This document shows positions 62,701 through 64,000 of a stretch of DNA of 64,000 nucleotides, piece by piece. The position numbers were made by a program, and so were the translations under genes. Location: the NCBI GenBank assembly GCA_963754875.1, contig CAVWHO010000016.1, positions 448,001 through 512,000 of the forward strand, given 5' to 3'. The stretch is from Nitrospirota bacterium. GTDB lineage: Bacteria > Nitrospirota > UBA9217. How positions within the stretch are numbered: the first letter of the stretch is position 1; each line of letters starts with the position of its first letter. The notes beneath the pieces were generated by a model. The model made no database searches and had not been told where the DNA came from. It was given only the letters and a program-made list of their open reading frames with translations.

Positions 62701-64000
62701 ATGGAAGAACGAAGACCTGATCCCGACCAACTTCTCCAGCGGGCCCGCGAAGAGGAAGAGCGAAAACGCGAGGGGCAGCTGAAAATATTTTTCGGCGCCG
62801 CTCCCGGCGTCGGGAAAACCTATGCTATGCTCGAGGCCGCTCGCCAGAAGAAACGGGAGGGCATGGAAATCATGGTCGGCCTTGTCGAGACCCACGGCCG
62901 GAAAGAGACCGACGCGCTCCTCGAAGGACTGGAAATCCTCCCCCGCCGGAACGTCGAATATCGCGGCACCATCCTCAAGGAATTCGATCTTGATGCGGTT
63001 CTGCGCCACAAACCGGCGATCATCGTCGTTGATGAACTTGCCCATACGAACGCCCCCGGGTCCCGCCATAAAAAGCGCTGGCAGGACATCTATGAACTGC
63101 TCGGCGCCGGCATTACCGTCTACACCACCATGAACGTGCAGCACCTTGAAAGCCTGAATGACGTTGTCTCCCAGATCACCGGCGTCAATGTACGGGAGAC
63201 CGTGCCTGACTTTCTGCTCGACCGCGCCGACGAGATCGAGCTCATCGACCTGCCTCCCGACGACTTGCTGCAGCGCATGAAAGAGGGCAAGGTTTATATG
63301 CCGGAACAGGCCGCCGCGGCGATCAGTAACTTTTTCCGCAAGGGAAATTTGATCGCGCTGCGGGAGCTGGCCCTGCGCCGCACCGCAGACCGCGTTGACG
63401 AGCAGATGCAGGTCTACCGGCAGGACAAGGGGATCAAGGACATCTGGCCCGCAGGAGAACGGATCCTAGTCTGTGTCGGTCATAATCCCCGCTCGATCAG
63501 GCTGATCCACGCGGCAAGGAGATTGGCTGCCGGACTTCGCGCCGAATGGGTCGCTGTGCATGTAGAGGCCCCATCCCGCGTACGGTCTTCGGAAAGTGAC
63601 ATAAAACAGCTCGCCGATCATATGCGGCTTGCGGAAAGCCTGGGAGCCGAAACGGTGACGTTAAGCAGCCCGCGCATGAGCGAAGAGATCCTCACCTATG
63701 CACGCAGCCGGAATGTGAGCAGGATCATAATCGGCAAACCCACGCATGCCCGCTGGAAGGACAAGCTCTTCGGCTCGCCCCTGGATGAAATCGTGCGGGG
63801 CAGCGGCGACATCGATGTCTATGTCATCAGCGGTGATGTAACAGCACCCCATATACATCCGACGTCGAAAGTCCAGCGTAGCGTAGCGCGCAAAAGAGAA
63901 TGGCTGTTGAGCGCTGTGACAGTCGCGGCCTGCACCGGTATCGACCAGCTCATGTTCCCCTACTTCGAACGATTGGACATGGCAATGGTATACCTTTTGG
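62701..64000 (+). CDS. kdpD: Sensor histidine kinase KdpD (runs off window edge)
   Basis: MEERRPDPDQLL..LKIFFGAAPGVGKTYAML, ETHGR, DELAHTN, NVQHLESLND, Usp-like segment; RBS AGGAG. Confidence 0.95.
   Translation, partial: MEERRPDPDQLLQRAREEEERKREGQLKIFFGAAPGVGKTYAMLEAARQKKREGMEIMVGLVETHGRKETDALLEGLEILPRRNVEYRGTILKEFDLDAVLRHKPAIIVVDELAHTNAPGSRHKKRWQDIYELLGAGITVYTTMNVQHLESLNDVVSQITGVNVRETVPDFLLDRADEIELIDLPPDDLLQRMKEGKVYMPEQAAAAISNFFRKGNLIALRELALRRTADRVDEQMQVYRQDKGIKDIWPAGERILVCVGHNPRSIRLIHAARRLAAGLRAEWVAVHVEAPSRVRSSESDIKQLADHMRLAESLGAETVTLSSPRMSEEILTYARSRNVSRIIIGKPTHARWKDKLFGSPLDEIVRGSGDIDVYVISGDVTAPHIHPTSKVQRSVARKREWLLSAVTVAACTGIDQLMFPYFERLDMAMVYLL

Overview
Bacterial chromosomal window, mostly GC-rich housekeeping DNA. 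Gene content and the tmRNA tag ANNELALAA suggest an anaerobic Nitrospirota/Desulfobacterota-like organism (inference). Many genes carry single-base frameshifts that look like uncorrected long-read errors. Two accessory regions stand out. (1) 1-1.9 kb is an AT-richer, minus-strand, cassette-like array with a near-consensus promoter, attC/attI-like GTT sites and a REP doublet; it abuts a truncated TIGR00725-like gene. (2) About 17.1-34.5 kb is an island at the 3' end of ssrA (tmRNA), bounded by degenerate att copies and with no integrase seen. It carries a DUF4258 toxin-antitoxin-like pair, a 946-aa RelE-like/SF1 helicase/ankyrin fusion (candidate single-gene defence system), an IS3 element, and a four-gene cluster: six-LamG/Ig/FlgD giant protein, 19-Cys protein, signal-peptide RHS protein with a phospholipase-A2-like tip, and a small membrane putative immunity protein. 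The core region holds ahbD, a diguanylate cyclase, nagA, Grx/FTR, pgeF-yggS-proC-yggT-divIVA-yggU, a PAS hybrid kinase, a Re-citrate-synthase-like enzyme with a C-terminal Cache-like domain, def-fmt-DUF116-rsmB, PASTA-rpe, an SgmX-like TPR protein, glnB-glnA and a kdp locus with an extra peptide and an outer-membrane porin. All family assignments come from motif recognition by eye; no database searches were run.
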